A stretch of 52,520 bases of DNA, taken from the IMG/VR virus record IMGVR_UViG_3300008116_000069, positions 1 through 52,520 of that record; one strand, 5' to 3'. The position numbers and the translations under genes are program-made. The notes beneath the pieces were generated by a model, which was not told the origin of the DNA, made no database searches, and saw only the letters and a list, made by a program, of their open reading frames with translations. Origin of the DNA: a virus. Lineage: Duplodnaviria; Caudoviricetes. This document shows positions 18,615-28,542 of the stretch, piece after piece (positions within the stretch are counted from its first letter, which is position 1; each line of letters starts with the position of its first letter).

Positions 18615-21600
18615 ATGAACTACGCAGGCTTACACGTACACACACACTATTCATTATTTGATGGTGTTGCTACTCCAGAAGAATATGTAGACCGAGCAGT
18701 TGAACTTGGTATGCCAGCATTGGCTATCACAGATCACGGAACCTTATCTGGGCATCGGGAACTGTACCGAATTGCAAAAGCAAAAGGTGTAAAGCCTATT
18801 CTTGGCGTGGAAGGATATTTTTGTGTTGATAGATTTGATAAGAGGCCGAAGGCAGAACGCACAGAGCCAACTGATCTAGTTTATAATCACATTATCCTTC
18901 TCGCCAAGAATCAAGTAGGTCTTGAAAATCTTAATAAGATTAATGAAATTGCATGGACAGAGGGGTACTTTAATAAACCACGCTTTGACTTTGAAGTATT
19001 AGAAAAGTATAGCGAAGGTATTATTGTACTCTCTGGCTGTCTTAGTGGAATTATTGCAAAGGCTCTTGAGTTCGGAGAGTATGCACAAGCAAAGAAACAT
19101 ATTGAATGGTTTAAGCGTGTGTTTGCAGATGATTTCTATATGGAGTTAATGCCACACAATGGTGCAGAAGTAAACAAGCAACTGGCAGATCTTGCAGATG
19201 AGTTTAAAATTCAGACTGTAGTTACTCCAGACTGTCACCATGTTGACGAATCACAAAAAGAAATTCAAGAGTTTAAGTTACTTATGAACTCTCACGCTAA
19301 GGTACAAAAAGATACTACCTACGACAAATCTAAGAAGCAAGACGGAATGATGAAGCGTCTTGACTACTTGTATGGTGAAGACCGACAAATGTCGTTTAAC
19401 AAATTTGACATTCACCTTCTTTCGTATGACGAGATGAAGTTTGCCATGGAATCCCAGGGTATTGTCAGAGAAGACATGTACGCAAATACATTAGTAATCT
19501 CAGACAAGGTAGAAGACTATGATATTAAAGATGGACTAAACCTACTACCAGTACAGTACAAGAACCCAGACAAAGAACTCAGAACACTTGCTATGGAAGG
19601 TTTAAAGGTTCGTGGTTTGGATACAAATCAAGAATACCTTGATCGCCTTGATGAAGAGTTAGAGATTATTAAGAACAAGAACTTTGGTCCATACTTTCTT
19701 GTTGTTCAGAATATGATCGGCTGGGCAAAGAAAGAAGGCATCTTGGTAGGTCCAGGTCGTGGATCTGCTGCTGGTTCGTTGTTGTGCTACTCACTTGGCA
19801 TTACTGATATTGATCCAATTGAACATGGCCTGTTGTTCTTCCGTTTTATTAACCCAGACCGTAATGACTTTCCAGATATTGATACAGACATTCAAGATAC
19901 TCGTCGTGAAGAAGTAAAGGATTATCTAGTTCGGCAATATCGCCATGTTGCTTCTATTGCAACGTTCCTAGAGTTTACTGGTAAAGGTATTGTTCGTGAT
20001 ATTGCACGAGTGCTTAATATTCCTTTATCAGATGTTAACAAAGTTCTTAAGACTGTGGATACTTGGGATGATTTCTGTAACTCTAAATCAACAAGAGAGT
20101 TCCGTGAAAAATATCCAGAGGTAGAAATTTATGGAGAGCAACTGCGTGGAAGAATTCGTGGTACAGGTATTCACGCTGCTGGAGTTGTAACTGCGAAAGA
20201 ACCAATCTTTAGACATGCTCCAATGGAAACAAGATCATCTACTGGTAGCGATGAACGTATTCCTGTAGTAGGTGTTGATATGGAAGAAGCAGAAAGAATT
20301 GGATTAATTAAGATTGATGCTTTGGGCCTTAAGACTCTTAGTGTACTTAAAGATACTATTGATATGGTTAAAGAAAACCATTATGTTGACATTGACTTAT
20401 TGTCAATTGATATGAAAGATAAAGATGTTTATGAAATGCTTTCTAGTGGTTTCACTAAGGGAGTGTTTCAGTGTGAAGCAACGCCATATACAAACCTTCT
20501 TATTAAGATGGGTGTAAAGAATCTAAACGAACTTGCAGCATCAAATGCTTTGGTTCGCCCAGGTGCTGCTAACACAATCGGTAAAGATTATATTGACCGT
20601 AAGCATGGTCGTCAAAATATTAATTATCTTCACCAAATTCTAAAACCATTTACGGAGGATACTTATGGCTGCATTCTTTACCAGGAACAAGTTATGCAAG
20701 CATGCGTACAACTTGGCGGTATGTCCATGTCGGAAGCAGATAAAGTTAGAAAGATCATTGGAAAGAAAAAAGATGCTAAAGAGTTTAATGAGTTCCAAGA
20801 TCGTTTCATTAGTGGTGCTAGTAAGTATATCTCCCCTAATGATGCTCTGGATCTTTGGCATGATTTTGAAGCGCATGCTGGGTATTCGTTCAACAAATCG
20901 CATGCCGTTGCTTACAGTACTCTCTCGTATTGGACAGCGTGGCTCAAATACCACTATCCGCTAGAGTTTATGTTTGCACTATTAAAAAATGAAAAGGACA
21001 AAGATGGAAGAACTGAGTATCTTATTGAAGCGAAAAGAATGGGCATTAGTATCAAGTTACCTCACATTAACGATTCGGATAAAGATTTTAAAATTGAGGG
21101 TAAGGGCATTCGGTTTGGACTCAGTGCTATCAAGTTCATATCTGACACGATTGCTGAACGATACATATCAGCACGACCATTTAATTCATACAAAGAACTT
21201 GAAGAATTTACCTTTACAAAAGGAAACGGAGTAAACTCCCGTGCACTCCAAGCGCTAAGAGTAATTGGTGCTGCAACATTTAATGATAACCCTAGGAATG
21301 ATGATGAGATTAAAGAGAACCTTTATGAGTATCTAAATCTACCAGAGTTTAACATTACTATTCCATCTCACTACTATGCTTTTATTAGCGATGTAGAACA
21401 GTTTGAAGAAAAAGGATCCTATATTCTTTTGGGAATGGTCAAGGCAATTAAGCGTGGTACTGGCTGGTCAAGAGTTGAAGTATTAGATAAGACTGGATCA
21501 GTTGGAATCTTTGATGAAGAGCAGACAACAATTGAAACTGGAAAGACATACTTGCTTTTGGCAACAGACAACAGAATTGTTTCTGCAATTCCAGCAGAAG

Positions 21601-21887
21601 AAATAAGAACATCTTCAGATGCTCTTGTAAAGTTTTTAAGTTATAAGCAGTTGCCATATAAAGATGAAGAGATGTATGTGGTATCGTTTAAACCTAGAAT
21701 TACTAAAGCAGGAAAGAAGATGGCAACCCTTACGCTTGCAGATACAAGCAGAGACTTGCACCCTATTACTGTATTTCCTACAGCATTCTCAAAAGCATAC
21801 ATGCATATAGAAGAGGGTAAGTCTTACAAGTTTAGTTTTGGCAAAACAAAAGATGGAACAATAACACTGGAGGATATAAATGCTTGA
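18615..21887 (+). CDS. dnaE: DNA polymerase III alpha subunit
   Basis: PHP HVHTHYS/TDHG, GPGRGSAAGS, PDIDTD, HAAGVV, KIDALGL, YSFNKSHA. Confidence 0.96.
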   Translation: MNYAGLHVHTHYSLFDGVATPEEYVDRAVELGMPALAITDHGTLSGHRELYRIAKAKGVKPILGVEGYFCVDRFDKRPKAERTEPTDLVYNHIILLAKNQVGLENLNKINEIAWTEGYFNKPRFDFEVLEKYSEGIIVLSGCLSGIIAKALEFGEYAQAKKHIEWFKRVFADDFYMELMPHNGAEVNKQLADLADEFKIQTVVTPDCHHVDESQKEIQEFKLLMNSHAKVQKDTTYDKSKKQDGMMKRLDYLYGEDRQMSFNKFDIHLLSYDEMKFAMESQGIVREDMYANTLVISDKVEDYDIKDGLNLLPVQYKNPDKELRTLAMEGLKVRGLDTNQEYLDRLDEELEIIKNKNFGPYFLVVQNMIGWAKKEGILVGPGRGSAAGSLLCYSLGITDIDPIEHGLLFFRFINPDRNDFPDIDTDIQDTRREEVKDYLVRQYRHVASIATFLEFTGKGIVRDIARVLNIPLSDVNKVLKTVDTWDDFCNSKSTREFREKYPEVEIYGEQLRGRIRGTGIHAAGVVTAKEPIFRHAPMETRSSTGSDERIPVVGVDMEEAERIGLIKIDALGLKTLSVLKDTIDMVKENHYVDIDLLSIDMKDKDVYEMLSSGFTKGVFQCEATPYTNLLIKMGVKNLNELAASNALVRPGAANTIGKDYIDRKHGRQNINYLHQILKPFTEDTYGCILYQEQVMQACVQLGGMSMSEADKVRKIIGKKKDAKEFNEFQDRFISGASKYISPNDALDLWHDFEAHAGYSFNKSHAVAYSTLSYWTAWLKYHYPLEFMFALLKNEKDKDGRTEYLIEAKRMGISIKLPHINDSDKDFKIEGKGIRFGLSAIKFISDTIAERYISARPFNSYKELEEFTFTKGNGVNSRALQALRVIGAATFNDNPRNDDEIKENLYEYLNLPEFNITIPSHYYAFISDVEQFEEKGSYILLGMVKAIKRGTGWSRVEVLDKTGSVGIFDEEQTTIETGKTYLLLATDNRIVSAIPAEEIRTSSDALVKFLSYKQLPYKDEEMYVVSFKPRITKAGKKMATLTLADTSRDLHPITVFPTAFSKAYMHIEEGKSYKFSFGKTKDGTITLEDINA

Positions 21888-22203
21888 CAATATGGCAATA
21901 GAACTACACAAGAATGCAACCGAGAAAGGCTTTTGGCCAGAGCCAGATGCCGTAGATGATATCTTTATTGCAAAACAATTAATGATGATTGTCTCTGAAG
22001 TTACTGAGGTAATGGAAGCAATTCGTAAAGACAAAGGCGAAGAAGAGATTACAAAAGAGTTTGCAGATATTATTATTCGTACACTAGATTTATATGCAGG
22101 AGTGGTAGAGGCAGGGTACACAAAGTTATCCCTAGACAATGCCCTACTAGAAAAGGTAGAGTTTAATAAATCTCGCCCAGAAAAGCACGGGGTACGATTC
22201 TAA
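21880..22203 (+). CDS. MazG-like nucleotide pyrophosphohydrolase
   Basis: SEVTEVMEA...KEFADIIIR (ExxE...ExxD). Confidence 0.8.
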   Translation: MLDNMAIELHKNATEKGFWPEPDAVDDIFIAKQLMMIVSEVTEVMEAIRKDKGEEEITKEFADIIIRTLDLYAGVVEAGYTKLSLDNALLEKVEFNKSRPEKHGVRF

Positions 22204-23219
22204 TGTCAGTAACAATGGAAGAAGTACTAGCACAACTTAACCCTAAGTTGCGTAAAACTATTATGACTGGAGACTCAGTTCCTCCAACAGAGTATGCAGA
22301 AACACCTAGTTTTGGTTTAAACCGTGCCTTAGCAGGGGGACTGCCGTATGGTAGACAAGTACTCATCTGGGGTTCAAAGTCCTCTGCAAAGTCCTCTCTA
22401 TGCCTTCAGATGATAGGTCTGGCACAGAAAGAAGGAAAGGTTTGTGCATGGATTGATGCAGAAATGTCTTACGATCCAAAGTGGGCAGAGCGTTTAGGTG
22501 TTGACTCATCTAAGTTAATCTATTCACAGGCTCGTACAATTAATGAGATGGTTGATGTAGGGACAAACCTTATTAATGCTGGAGTTGATATTGTTGTGGT
22601 TGACTCAATAACATCATTGCTACCAGCAATTTATTTTGAAAAAGATTCAGATGAACTTAAGCAACTAGAAAATACTAAGCAGATTGGTGCTGAGTCTCGT
22701 GACTTCTCAAATGCTTGGAAGATGATTAACTATGCTAACAACAAAGTTAACCCTACGCTATTTGTTCTTATTTCTCAATCAAGAAACAACATTAACGCAA
22801 TGTATACAAGCCAACAGCCAACAGGTGGTCAGGCTACAAAATTTTACTCGTCAACAGTTATTAAACTGTTCTCATCAGAGTCGGACAATCAAGCCATTAA
22901 AGGTAAGATCAAGATTGGCGATAAGTTGATTGAAGAAAAAATTGGAAGAAAGATTCGTTGGGAACTGCAGTTCTCTAAAACTTCTCCAGGATTTCAGTCA
23001 GGCGAGTATGACTTTTATTTTAGAGGAGATGACATTGGTATTGACTCTATTGGCGATCTTGTTGATACAGCAGAAGCAGCAGGTCTTGTAAATAGAACTG
23101 GTGCATGGTATCAACTTGATGACGGAACAAAAGTTCAAGGTAGAGATGGTTTTATTAACCGTGTAAAGGAAGACCTTGATCTACAAGAGTCTTTAAAGAA
23201 GAAACTTTCAAATGGCTGA
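22203..23219 (+). CDS. recA: RecA-like recombinase
   Basis: LAGGLPYGR, GSKSSAKS P-loop, WIDAE, VVVDS, PTGGQATKFYSS, GAWY. Confidence 0.92.
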   Translation: MSVTMEEVLAQLNPKLRKTIMTGDSVPPTEYAETPSFGLNRALAGGLPYGRQVLIWGSKSSAKSSLCLQMIGLAQKEGKVCAWIDAEMSYDPKWAERLGVDSSKLIYSQARTINEMVDVGTNLINAGVDIVVVDSITSLLPAIYFEKDSDELKQLENTKQIGAESRDFSNAWKMINYANNKVNPTLFVLISQSRNNINAMYTSQQPTGGQATKFYSSTVIKLFSSESDNQAIKGKIKIGDKLIEEKIGRKIRWELQFSKTSPGFQSGEYDFYFRGDDIGIDSIGDLVDTAEAAGLVNRTGAWYQLDDGTKVQGRDGFINRVKEDLDLQESLKKKLSNG

Positions 23220-23397
23220 TAAAGAATTTAAAGTATTTGAAGGAAAGTTTCCTTGCAAAAAATGTCAAGAGGAAGTTCTTTCTTTAAGACTTTGGATTGA
23301 ATCTGGAGATGCTACATGGATGTGTACTAAGAAGCATGTATCTAAAGTAAATCTAATACCAAAGAAAAAGAAGAAGGCGGACTTTGCAAATGAGTGA
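23212..23397 (+). CDS. Small zinc-binding protein
   Basis: CKKC...C..KH; overlaps neighbours. Confidence 0.55.
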   Translation: MADKEFKVFEGKFPCKKCQEEVLSLRLWIESGDATWMCTKKHVSKVNLIPKKKKKADFANE

Positions 23398-23674
23398 GCG
23401 TTCTGAGTCAAAGAGAATAGGTGCAAAACAGCACAAAAACTCTGGTAGAAATAATACGAAAGGTGATGCCTCTTGGCATAACTTTGTAGTTGACTTTAAA
23501 GAATGCTCAAAGTCTTTTACTCTTAACCAAGATGTTTGGGCTAAGGCTGTTACTGATGCTCTTAAGAAGAGTATGGATCCTGCCTTGATTATCGTACTTG
23601 GCGAGGGTACCCAGAAGGTCCGACTTGCTATAATTGAATTAGACATGTTAGAACAGTTAGTAGAAGGAGAATAA
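23390..23674 (+). CDS. Putative PD-(D/E)xK Holliday-junction-resolvase-like nuclease
   Basis: E...SG....GD......D.K pattern. Confidence 0.55.
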   Translation: MSERSESKRIGAKQHKNSGRNNTKGDASWHNFVVDFKECSKSFTLNQDVWAKAVTDALKKSMDPALIIVLGEGTQKVRLAIIELDMLEQLVEGE

Positions 23675-23675
23675 A

Positions 23676-23987
23676 ATGACAGAAGGTACAGGACAAACAA
23701 CGCTGGAGATGGTTAATGGTTTGGCAGAGATTGCCGAATTTATGGATGATGAAGAACTTACAATGGCTCTATCAATGATTGCTAAGTTAATTATTAAGCC
23801 AGACATTCCTATGCCAGTTGCAGCAATTGAGATTGTAAGACTTCAGGCAATTGCGGGAAAACTAGCGTTAAAGGCTACTTGGATGGCAAATGTTGACAAG
23901 AACAATCGGGCAAAGAAAAATATTTATTACACAGCAGCAGAAGCAGTAAACAACTTGGTCTCAGCATTAAAATACATAATGCGCTAA
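23676..23987 (+). CDS. Hypothetical protein
   Basis: AGGAG RBS; helical. Confidence 0.6.
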   Translation: MTEGTGQTTLEMVNGLAEIAEFMDDEELTMALSMIAKLIIKPDIPMPVAAIEIVRLQAIAGKLALKATWMANVDKNNRAKKNIYYTAAEAVNNLVSALKYIMR

Positions 23988-23989
23988 CC

Positions 23990-23998
23990 TGGTATACT
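23990..23998 (+). promoter_or_regulatory. Extended -10 promoter TGGTATACT
   Basis: Intergenic, matches motif recurring in window. Confidence 0.5.
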
Positions 23999-24018
23999 TA
24001 TATAAACAAAGGATGAAT

Positions 24019-24834
24019 ATGACTAAGAATTTACTACACTCGGTGATGCTTAAGCCTGCTATGAAGAAGAATAATGTTCTTGATAGCGATGCTTTAATTG
24101 AAAAGATTAAGCACGGATATATTATTAACCGTGGGCCAAAACATACACAGAAGAAAACATTTGCTCCATCTACAATTGCCTACTCTCATGGAGAGTGTCC
24201 AAGATATTGGTATCTGGCATTTGATGGTCAAACATTTGAAGATAATGCAGATGCTTATGGTGCAGCAAACATGACTGCTGGAACCTTATCTCACGCAAGA
24301 ATTCAAAATGCCATGATGAATGCTGGCATTGTTAAAGTCTATCGTGATGATAATAATGAAGAGACAACAGAGTTTAAGATTAGACATGACGATCCTCCTA
24401 TCTTTGGGTATGGAGATGTTATGCTTGATTGGGAAGGCGAAGAGATTGTCGGAGAAATTAAGACAATGCTCAACGAAGGGTTTGAATATCGCAAGAATTC
24501 TATGAAGCCTAAGACTGGTCACTTGATTCAGTTGCTTATCTACATGAAGATTCTTGGCAAGAAGAAGGGCGTGCTTATTTATGAGAATAAGAATAATCAC
24601 GAACTCCTTGTGTTGCCAGTAGAGGTAGATGACAACTATCGTGAATGGATTGATAACGCATTTCAATGGATGCGTGAAGTTCGCAAGGCTTGGGAAGATA
24701 GAACTCTTCCTACTAAAAACTACCGATCTAACTCTAAAATCTGTAAGACATGTCCTATTCAACAGGCATGTGCAGATGCAGGAGAAGGAGTAGTTAAGAT
24801 TAAGTCAATGGAGAAGTTAGTTGAAACTTTGTAA
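24019..24834 (+). CDS. Cas4/RecB-like exonuclease
   Basis: CPR, GTLSH, GYGD, GEIKT, QLLIY, C-terminal CKTC.....C. Confidence 0.82.
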   Translation: MTKNLLHSVMLKPAMKKNNVLDSDALIEKIKHGYIINRGPKHTQKKTFAPSTIAYSHGECPRYWYLAFDGQTFEDNADAYGAANMTAGTLSHARIQNAMMNAGIVKVYRDDNNEETTEFKIRHDDPPIFGYGDVMLDWEGEEIVGEIKTMLNEGFEYRKNSMKPKTGHLIQLLIYMKILGKKKGVLIYENKNNHELLVLPVEVDDNYREWIDNAFQWMREVRKAWEDRTLPTKNYRSNSKICKTCPIQQACADAGEGVVKIKSMEKLVETL

Positions 24835-25111
24835 CAAATGTGATACATACTTTAATCCTAAAGTAAGTTATCAGATATATTGCAGCAATACTTGTAGAGA
24901 TGAGGCTACTAGAGAAAAAATTGCTGAAAGATATCAAGTTACACGTAGACAAAAAAGAATAGGCAAAGACAGAAGGTGTCTTGGTGGATGCGGAGTTCTC
25001 CTATCCATATACAACGATTCTGGATTTTGTTCAAATTGCAACATAAGTGAAAAAGAAGTTAACAAAATGATTAAAGAGTTGAAGGGATTTATTGAGTATG
25101 AGCAAGAATAA
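24821..25111 (+). CDS. Zinc-finger protein
   Basis: CNKC...YCSNTC, CLGGC...FCSNC. Confidence 0.6.
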   Translation: MKLCNKCDTYFNPKVSYQIYCSNTCRDEATREKIAERYQVTRRQKRIGKDRRCLGGCGVLLSIYNDSGFCSNCNISEKEVNKMIKELKGFIEYEQE

Positions 25112-25688
25112 GTGGGGTATAGAAACCCAACCAGAAAGAATTTGTGCAATAGATGCTAGCACAAATAGTCTTGCTTATGCTACCTTTCATGCTGGATTCT
25201 TAAAAGAGTGTGGCAAGATTTACTTTGAAGGCAAAGATATATATGACAAAGTTGGAGACGCTGCTGCAAAGACACGACTCTACTTTGAAAAATATATTAA
25301 TGTTGATGCTATTGTTATTGAGCATACTGTATTTATGAATAGCCCAAAGACTGCTGCTGACCTTGCTTTAGTTCAGGGAGCACTTCTAGGTTCCGCTGCA
25401 ATCAGCGGGATCAGAACCTTTGGTAAGGTATCTCCGATTACATGGCAAAACTACATTGGTAACAAAAAGATCTCTAAGGATGAGCAACTATTTATTCGCT
25501 CACAAAATCCAGGGAAGTCAGAGTCTTGGTACAAAGCCTACGAAAGAATGCTTCGTAAAGAAAGAACTATTAAGTTTATTAATACTACCTATGATAAAGC
25601 AATTGATGATAACGATGTAGCGGATGCTTGTGGTATTGGGCATTGGGCAATAAATAATTGGACAAAGGCTATAGGAGTTGACAAATAA
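25098..25688 (+). CDS. ruvC: RuvC-like Holliday junction resolvase
   Basis: AIDAS, VIEH, P.TW, DVADACGIG. Confidence 0.75.
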   Translation: MSKNKWGIETQPERICAIDASTNSLAYATFHAGFLKECGKIYFEGKDIYDKVGDAAAKTRLYFEKYINVDAIVIEHTVFMNSPKTAADLALVQGALLGSAAISGIRTFGKVSPITWQNYIGNKKISKDEQLFIRSQNPGKSESWYKAYERMLRKERTIKFINTTYDKAIDDNDVADACGIGHWAINNWTKAIGVDK

Positions 25689-25706
25689 CATTATGGCTGG
25701 TAAACT
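25678..25706 (+). promoter_or_regulatory. Promoter TTGACA-17-(TGG)TAAACT
   Basis: Consensus -35 and extended -10; overlaps the start of the small HTH ORF. Confidence 0.5.
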
Positions 25707-25848
25707 ATATACAAGTGAAGTTTGGCTACGCAAGCGGTATTTAATGGATAAGAAGACTCCAGAAGATATCGCTAAAGAGTGTGGGGCAAGCGTAGAGACT
25801 ATCTACGTATACCTTGCAAAATTTGGATTAAGGAAGTCAAGGCGATGA
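25693..25848 (+). CDS. Small HTH protein (51 aa, not in ORF track)
   Basis: MAGKLYTSEVWLRKRYLMDKKTPEDIAKECGASVETIYVYLAKFGLRKSRR; HTH pattern. Confidence 0.7.
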   Translation: MAGKLYTSEVWLRKRYLMDKKTPEDIAKECGASVETIYVYLAKFGLRKSRR

Positions 25849-25970
25849 GTAAGATACAAAAGTTAGTAATTGGTTTAGGTGTTGCTGGTGCTGTTGGAAT
25901 AACATTTGTTATCACAGCATTAAAAGGATTGCCAGAAGCATTTGAGTGGGAAGAAGATGAAGATGAGTGA
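25845..25970 (+). CDS. Small membrane protein
   Basis: ATGA overlap; one TM segment plus acidic tail. Confidence 0.55.
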   Translation: MSKIQKLVIGLGVAGAVGITFVITALKGLPEAFEWEEDEDE

Positions 25971-26205
25971 AAATTTAAACATCACAGTTGATCAGGTCAA
26001 CCACCCAGCACACTATACAACAGATCCATCTGGAGTTGAGTGCATTCAGATTACTCGTCATCGTAACTTTAACATAGGTAATGCCTTTAAGTATTTGTGG
26101 AGAGCAGGACTTAAAGATGAATCAAAAACTATTCAGGATCTTGAGAAGGCCATATTCTATATCAAAGATGAAATTAATAGATTAGAGGGTAAGTATGTCA
26201 ACTGA
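25963..26205 (+). CDS. DUF3310-family protein
   Basis: DQVNHPAHY...ECI...GNAFKYLWRAGLK...DLEKAIFY. Confidence 0.85.
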   Translation: MSENLNITVDQVNHPAHYTTDPSGVECIQITRHRNFNIGNAFKYLWRAGLKDESKTIQDLEKAIFYIKDEINRLEGKYVN

Positions 26206-26731
26206 AGATGATTTGATTAAACATCTTGATCAGGTAAACGTTGTTGTTAGCGAATATCTAAAAGGCAACGACCCTACGGTTATTTCAAAAGAATTAGACA
26301 TTCCAAGAACTCGTGTTGTTTCTTTGATCAATGAGTGGAAGGTTATGGCATCTGCCAATGATGCTATTCGTGCTCGTGCTAAAGAGGCACTGGCTGCAAT
26401 GGATGCACACTATGCAAGACTAATTGGAAAGTCTTACGAAGTTATTGATGAAGCATCTATGACTAATAATCTTAGTGCAAAGACTGCTGCTATTAAATTA
26501 GTTATGGACATTGAGTCAAAGCGCATTGACATGCTGCAGAAGGCTGGGCTTCTTGAAAATAAAGAACTTGCTGAAGAGATGGTTGAGGTTGAGCGTCGTC
26601 AAGAAGTTCTTGTAGGAATTCTTAGAGATGTTGCCTCAGAGTATCCAGAAGTTCGTGACACCATTATGCAAAGATTATCCTCTATTGCAAAAGAGGGAGA
26701 AGTGATTACAGTTGTCCACGATGTTCAATGA
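26195..26731 (+). CDS. Putative terminase small subunit
   Basis: N-terminal HTH, helical, overlaps TerL. Confidence 0.65.
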   Translation: MSTEDDLIKHLDQVNVVVSEYLKGNDPTVISKELDIPRTRVVSLINEWKVMASANDAIRARAKEALAAMDAHYARLIGKSYEVIDEASMTNNLSAKTAAIKLVMDIESKRIDMLQKAGLLENKELAEEMVEVERRQEVLVGILRDVASEYPEVRDTIMQRLSSIAKEGEVITVVHDVQ

Positions 26732-28499
26732 GTTTCTTGAAGTACTAAAAGAAAACCATTTTATTGAAAAGCCTGTAGACGCAAAGACATTTGTTGAGTC
26801 TCCAGACTATCTTGGGCAACCAGAATTATCTGATATCCAGTATCAAATCGTAGAGGCTATGAGCCAGATTTACCGCAAAGAAGATCTTGAAGAACTCTAT
26901 GGCTCAGTTGAAGGAGCAAAGTACTTTGACAAATATACAAAGAATGAGATCATTCTGCAACTTGGCAAGGGATCTGGAAAAGACTTTGTATCAACTGTAG
27001 CCTGTGCATATACAGTATATAAACTACTATGTCTTAAAGATCCTGCTGTTTATTATGGCAAGCCTGCAGGAGATGCTATTGATATTATTAACGTTGCTAT
27101 TAACGCTCAACAGGCCAAGAACGTTTTCTTTAAAGGTTTTAAATCAAAGATTGAAAGATCCCCGTGGTTTGCTGGAAAGTATAACGCAAAAGCAGACTCA
27201 ATTGATTTTGATAAATCTGTAACTGTTTATTCAGGACACTCAGAGCGTGAGTCACACGAAGGTTTGAACTTGTTTATGGCAGTGCTTGATGAAATTTCTG
27301 GTTTTGCATCAGAGGTTGGAACTGGAAACGAACAAGGTAAGACTGCAGAGAACATCTATAAAGCCTTCCGTGGTACTGTAGATTCTCGTTTCCCTGACCT
27401 TGGTAAGGTTGTTTTGCTTTCATTCCCACGCTACCAAGGCGACTTTATTTCACAGAAATATGAATCAGTAATTGCTGAGAAAGAAACTGTAGAACGCAAG
27501 CATACTTTTATTATGAATCCAGATCTGCCACACGAAGACCCAGGCAACAGGTTTGAAATTTCGTGGGATGAAGATACTATCATCTCGTACAAAATTCCAA
27601 AGGTATTAGCATTTAAGAGACCAACATGGGAAGTAAATCCTACCCGTAAGATAGATGACTTTAAGATTGCATTCTACACAGACTTAGCAGATGCTATGAT
27701 GCGTTTTGCCTGTATGCCTACATATGCCTCTGACGCATTTTTTAAGGATAGAACTAAACTAGAGAAGGTCATGACACTTCGTAATCCGTTGGATCAGTTT
27801 AGAAGGTTTGATGAGTCTTTTAAGCCAGACCCAGATAAGGTTTATTATATCCATGCTGACCTTGCACAGAAGCACGATAAGTGTGCGGTAGCAATTGCAC
27901 ATGTTGACAAATGGGTAAACATTCAGGTAATTAAAGATTACGAACAGGTAGCGCCAATGGTTGTTGTAGATGCAGTGGCATGGTGGGAACCAAGAGCAGA
28001 AGGACCAGTGAACTTATCTGATGTAAAGAATTGGATTATTAATCTTCGTAGAGAAGGTTTTAATCTAGGTATGGTTTCATTTGACCGCTGGCAATCATTT
28101 GATATTCAAAATGAGTTGCAGGCTGTTGGAATCAGAACTGAAACTGTTTCTGTTGCTAAGAAACATTATGAAGATTTAGCAATGATGATCTATGAAGAGC
28201 GTGTAGCAATTCCCATGATTCCAATATTGCTAGAAGAAATGTCTGAGTTAAAGATTATGAAGGGTAATCGTGTAGATCACCCTAGAAAAAAGTCTAAAGA
28301 CTTAGCAGATGCTTTGGCTGGTGCAGTATTTGGGGCTATATCACATACCCCAAAGACTACTAATACAGTCATTGAAGTACACACTTGGTCCTCTTCTTCC
28401 GCTCAACTTGCGGAGAAAAGAAGATCTATGGTAGAATTAGAACCTAAGCAAATGACGGATGACGTTCGTGATTTCTTAGACAAATTCAATCTAATATAA
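26721..28499 (+). CDS. terL: Terminase large subunit
   Basis: LGKGSGKD Walker A, VLDE Walker B, HADLA/FDRW/KDLADA nuclease motifs. Confidence 0.88.
   Translation: MFNEFLEVLKENHFIEKPVDAKTFVESPDYLGQPELSDIQYQIVEAMSQIYRKEDLEELYGSVEGAKYFDKYTKNEIILQLGKGSGKDFVSTVACAYTVYKLLCLKDPAVYYGKPAGDAIDIINVAINAQQAKNVFFKGFKSKIERSPWFAGKYNAKADSIDFDKSVTVYSGHSERESHEGLNLFMAVLDEISGFASEVGTGNEQGKTAENIYKAFRGTVDSRFPDLGKVVLLSFPRYQGDFISQKYESVIAEKETVERKHTFIMNPDLPHEDPGNRFEISWDEDTIISYKIPKVLAFKRPTWEVNPTRKIDDFKIAFYTDLADAMMRFACMPTYASDAFFKDRTKLEKVMTLRNPLDQFRRFDESFKPDPDKVYYIHADLAQKHDKCAVAIAHVDKWVNIQVIKDYEQVAPMVVVDAVAWWEPRAEGPVNLSDVKNWIINLRREGFNLGMVSFDRWQSFDIQNELQAVGIRTETVSVAKKHYEDLAMMIYEERVAIPMIPILLEEMSELKIMKGNRVDHPRKKSKDLADALAGAVFGAISHTPKTTNTVIEVHTWSSSSAQLAEKRRSMVELEPKQMTDDVRDFLDKFNLI
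28408..28437 (+). promoter_or_regulatory. Promoter TTGCGG-18-(TGG)TAGAAT for surface-protein gene
   Basis: Extended -10 within the terL 3' end. Confidence 0.45.
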
Positions 28500-28542
28500 A
28501 TTTTCTAGTCATAAGACTGGAATAAAACAAACGAGGAGAAAG

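Noticed and set aside
21884-21915. TTGACA at the start of the MazG-like gene as a promoter
   Set aside because: No convincing -10 at 16-18 nt
24019-24834. Cas4-like gene as evidence of a CRISPR system
   Set aside because: No repeat-spacer array or other cas genes; stand-alone Cas4-like nucleases are common in phage recombination modules
15795-28499. Inteins or introns in dnaB, dnaE, recA, terL
   Set aside because: Lengths are ordinary; no splice motifs or LAGLIDADG inserts seen
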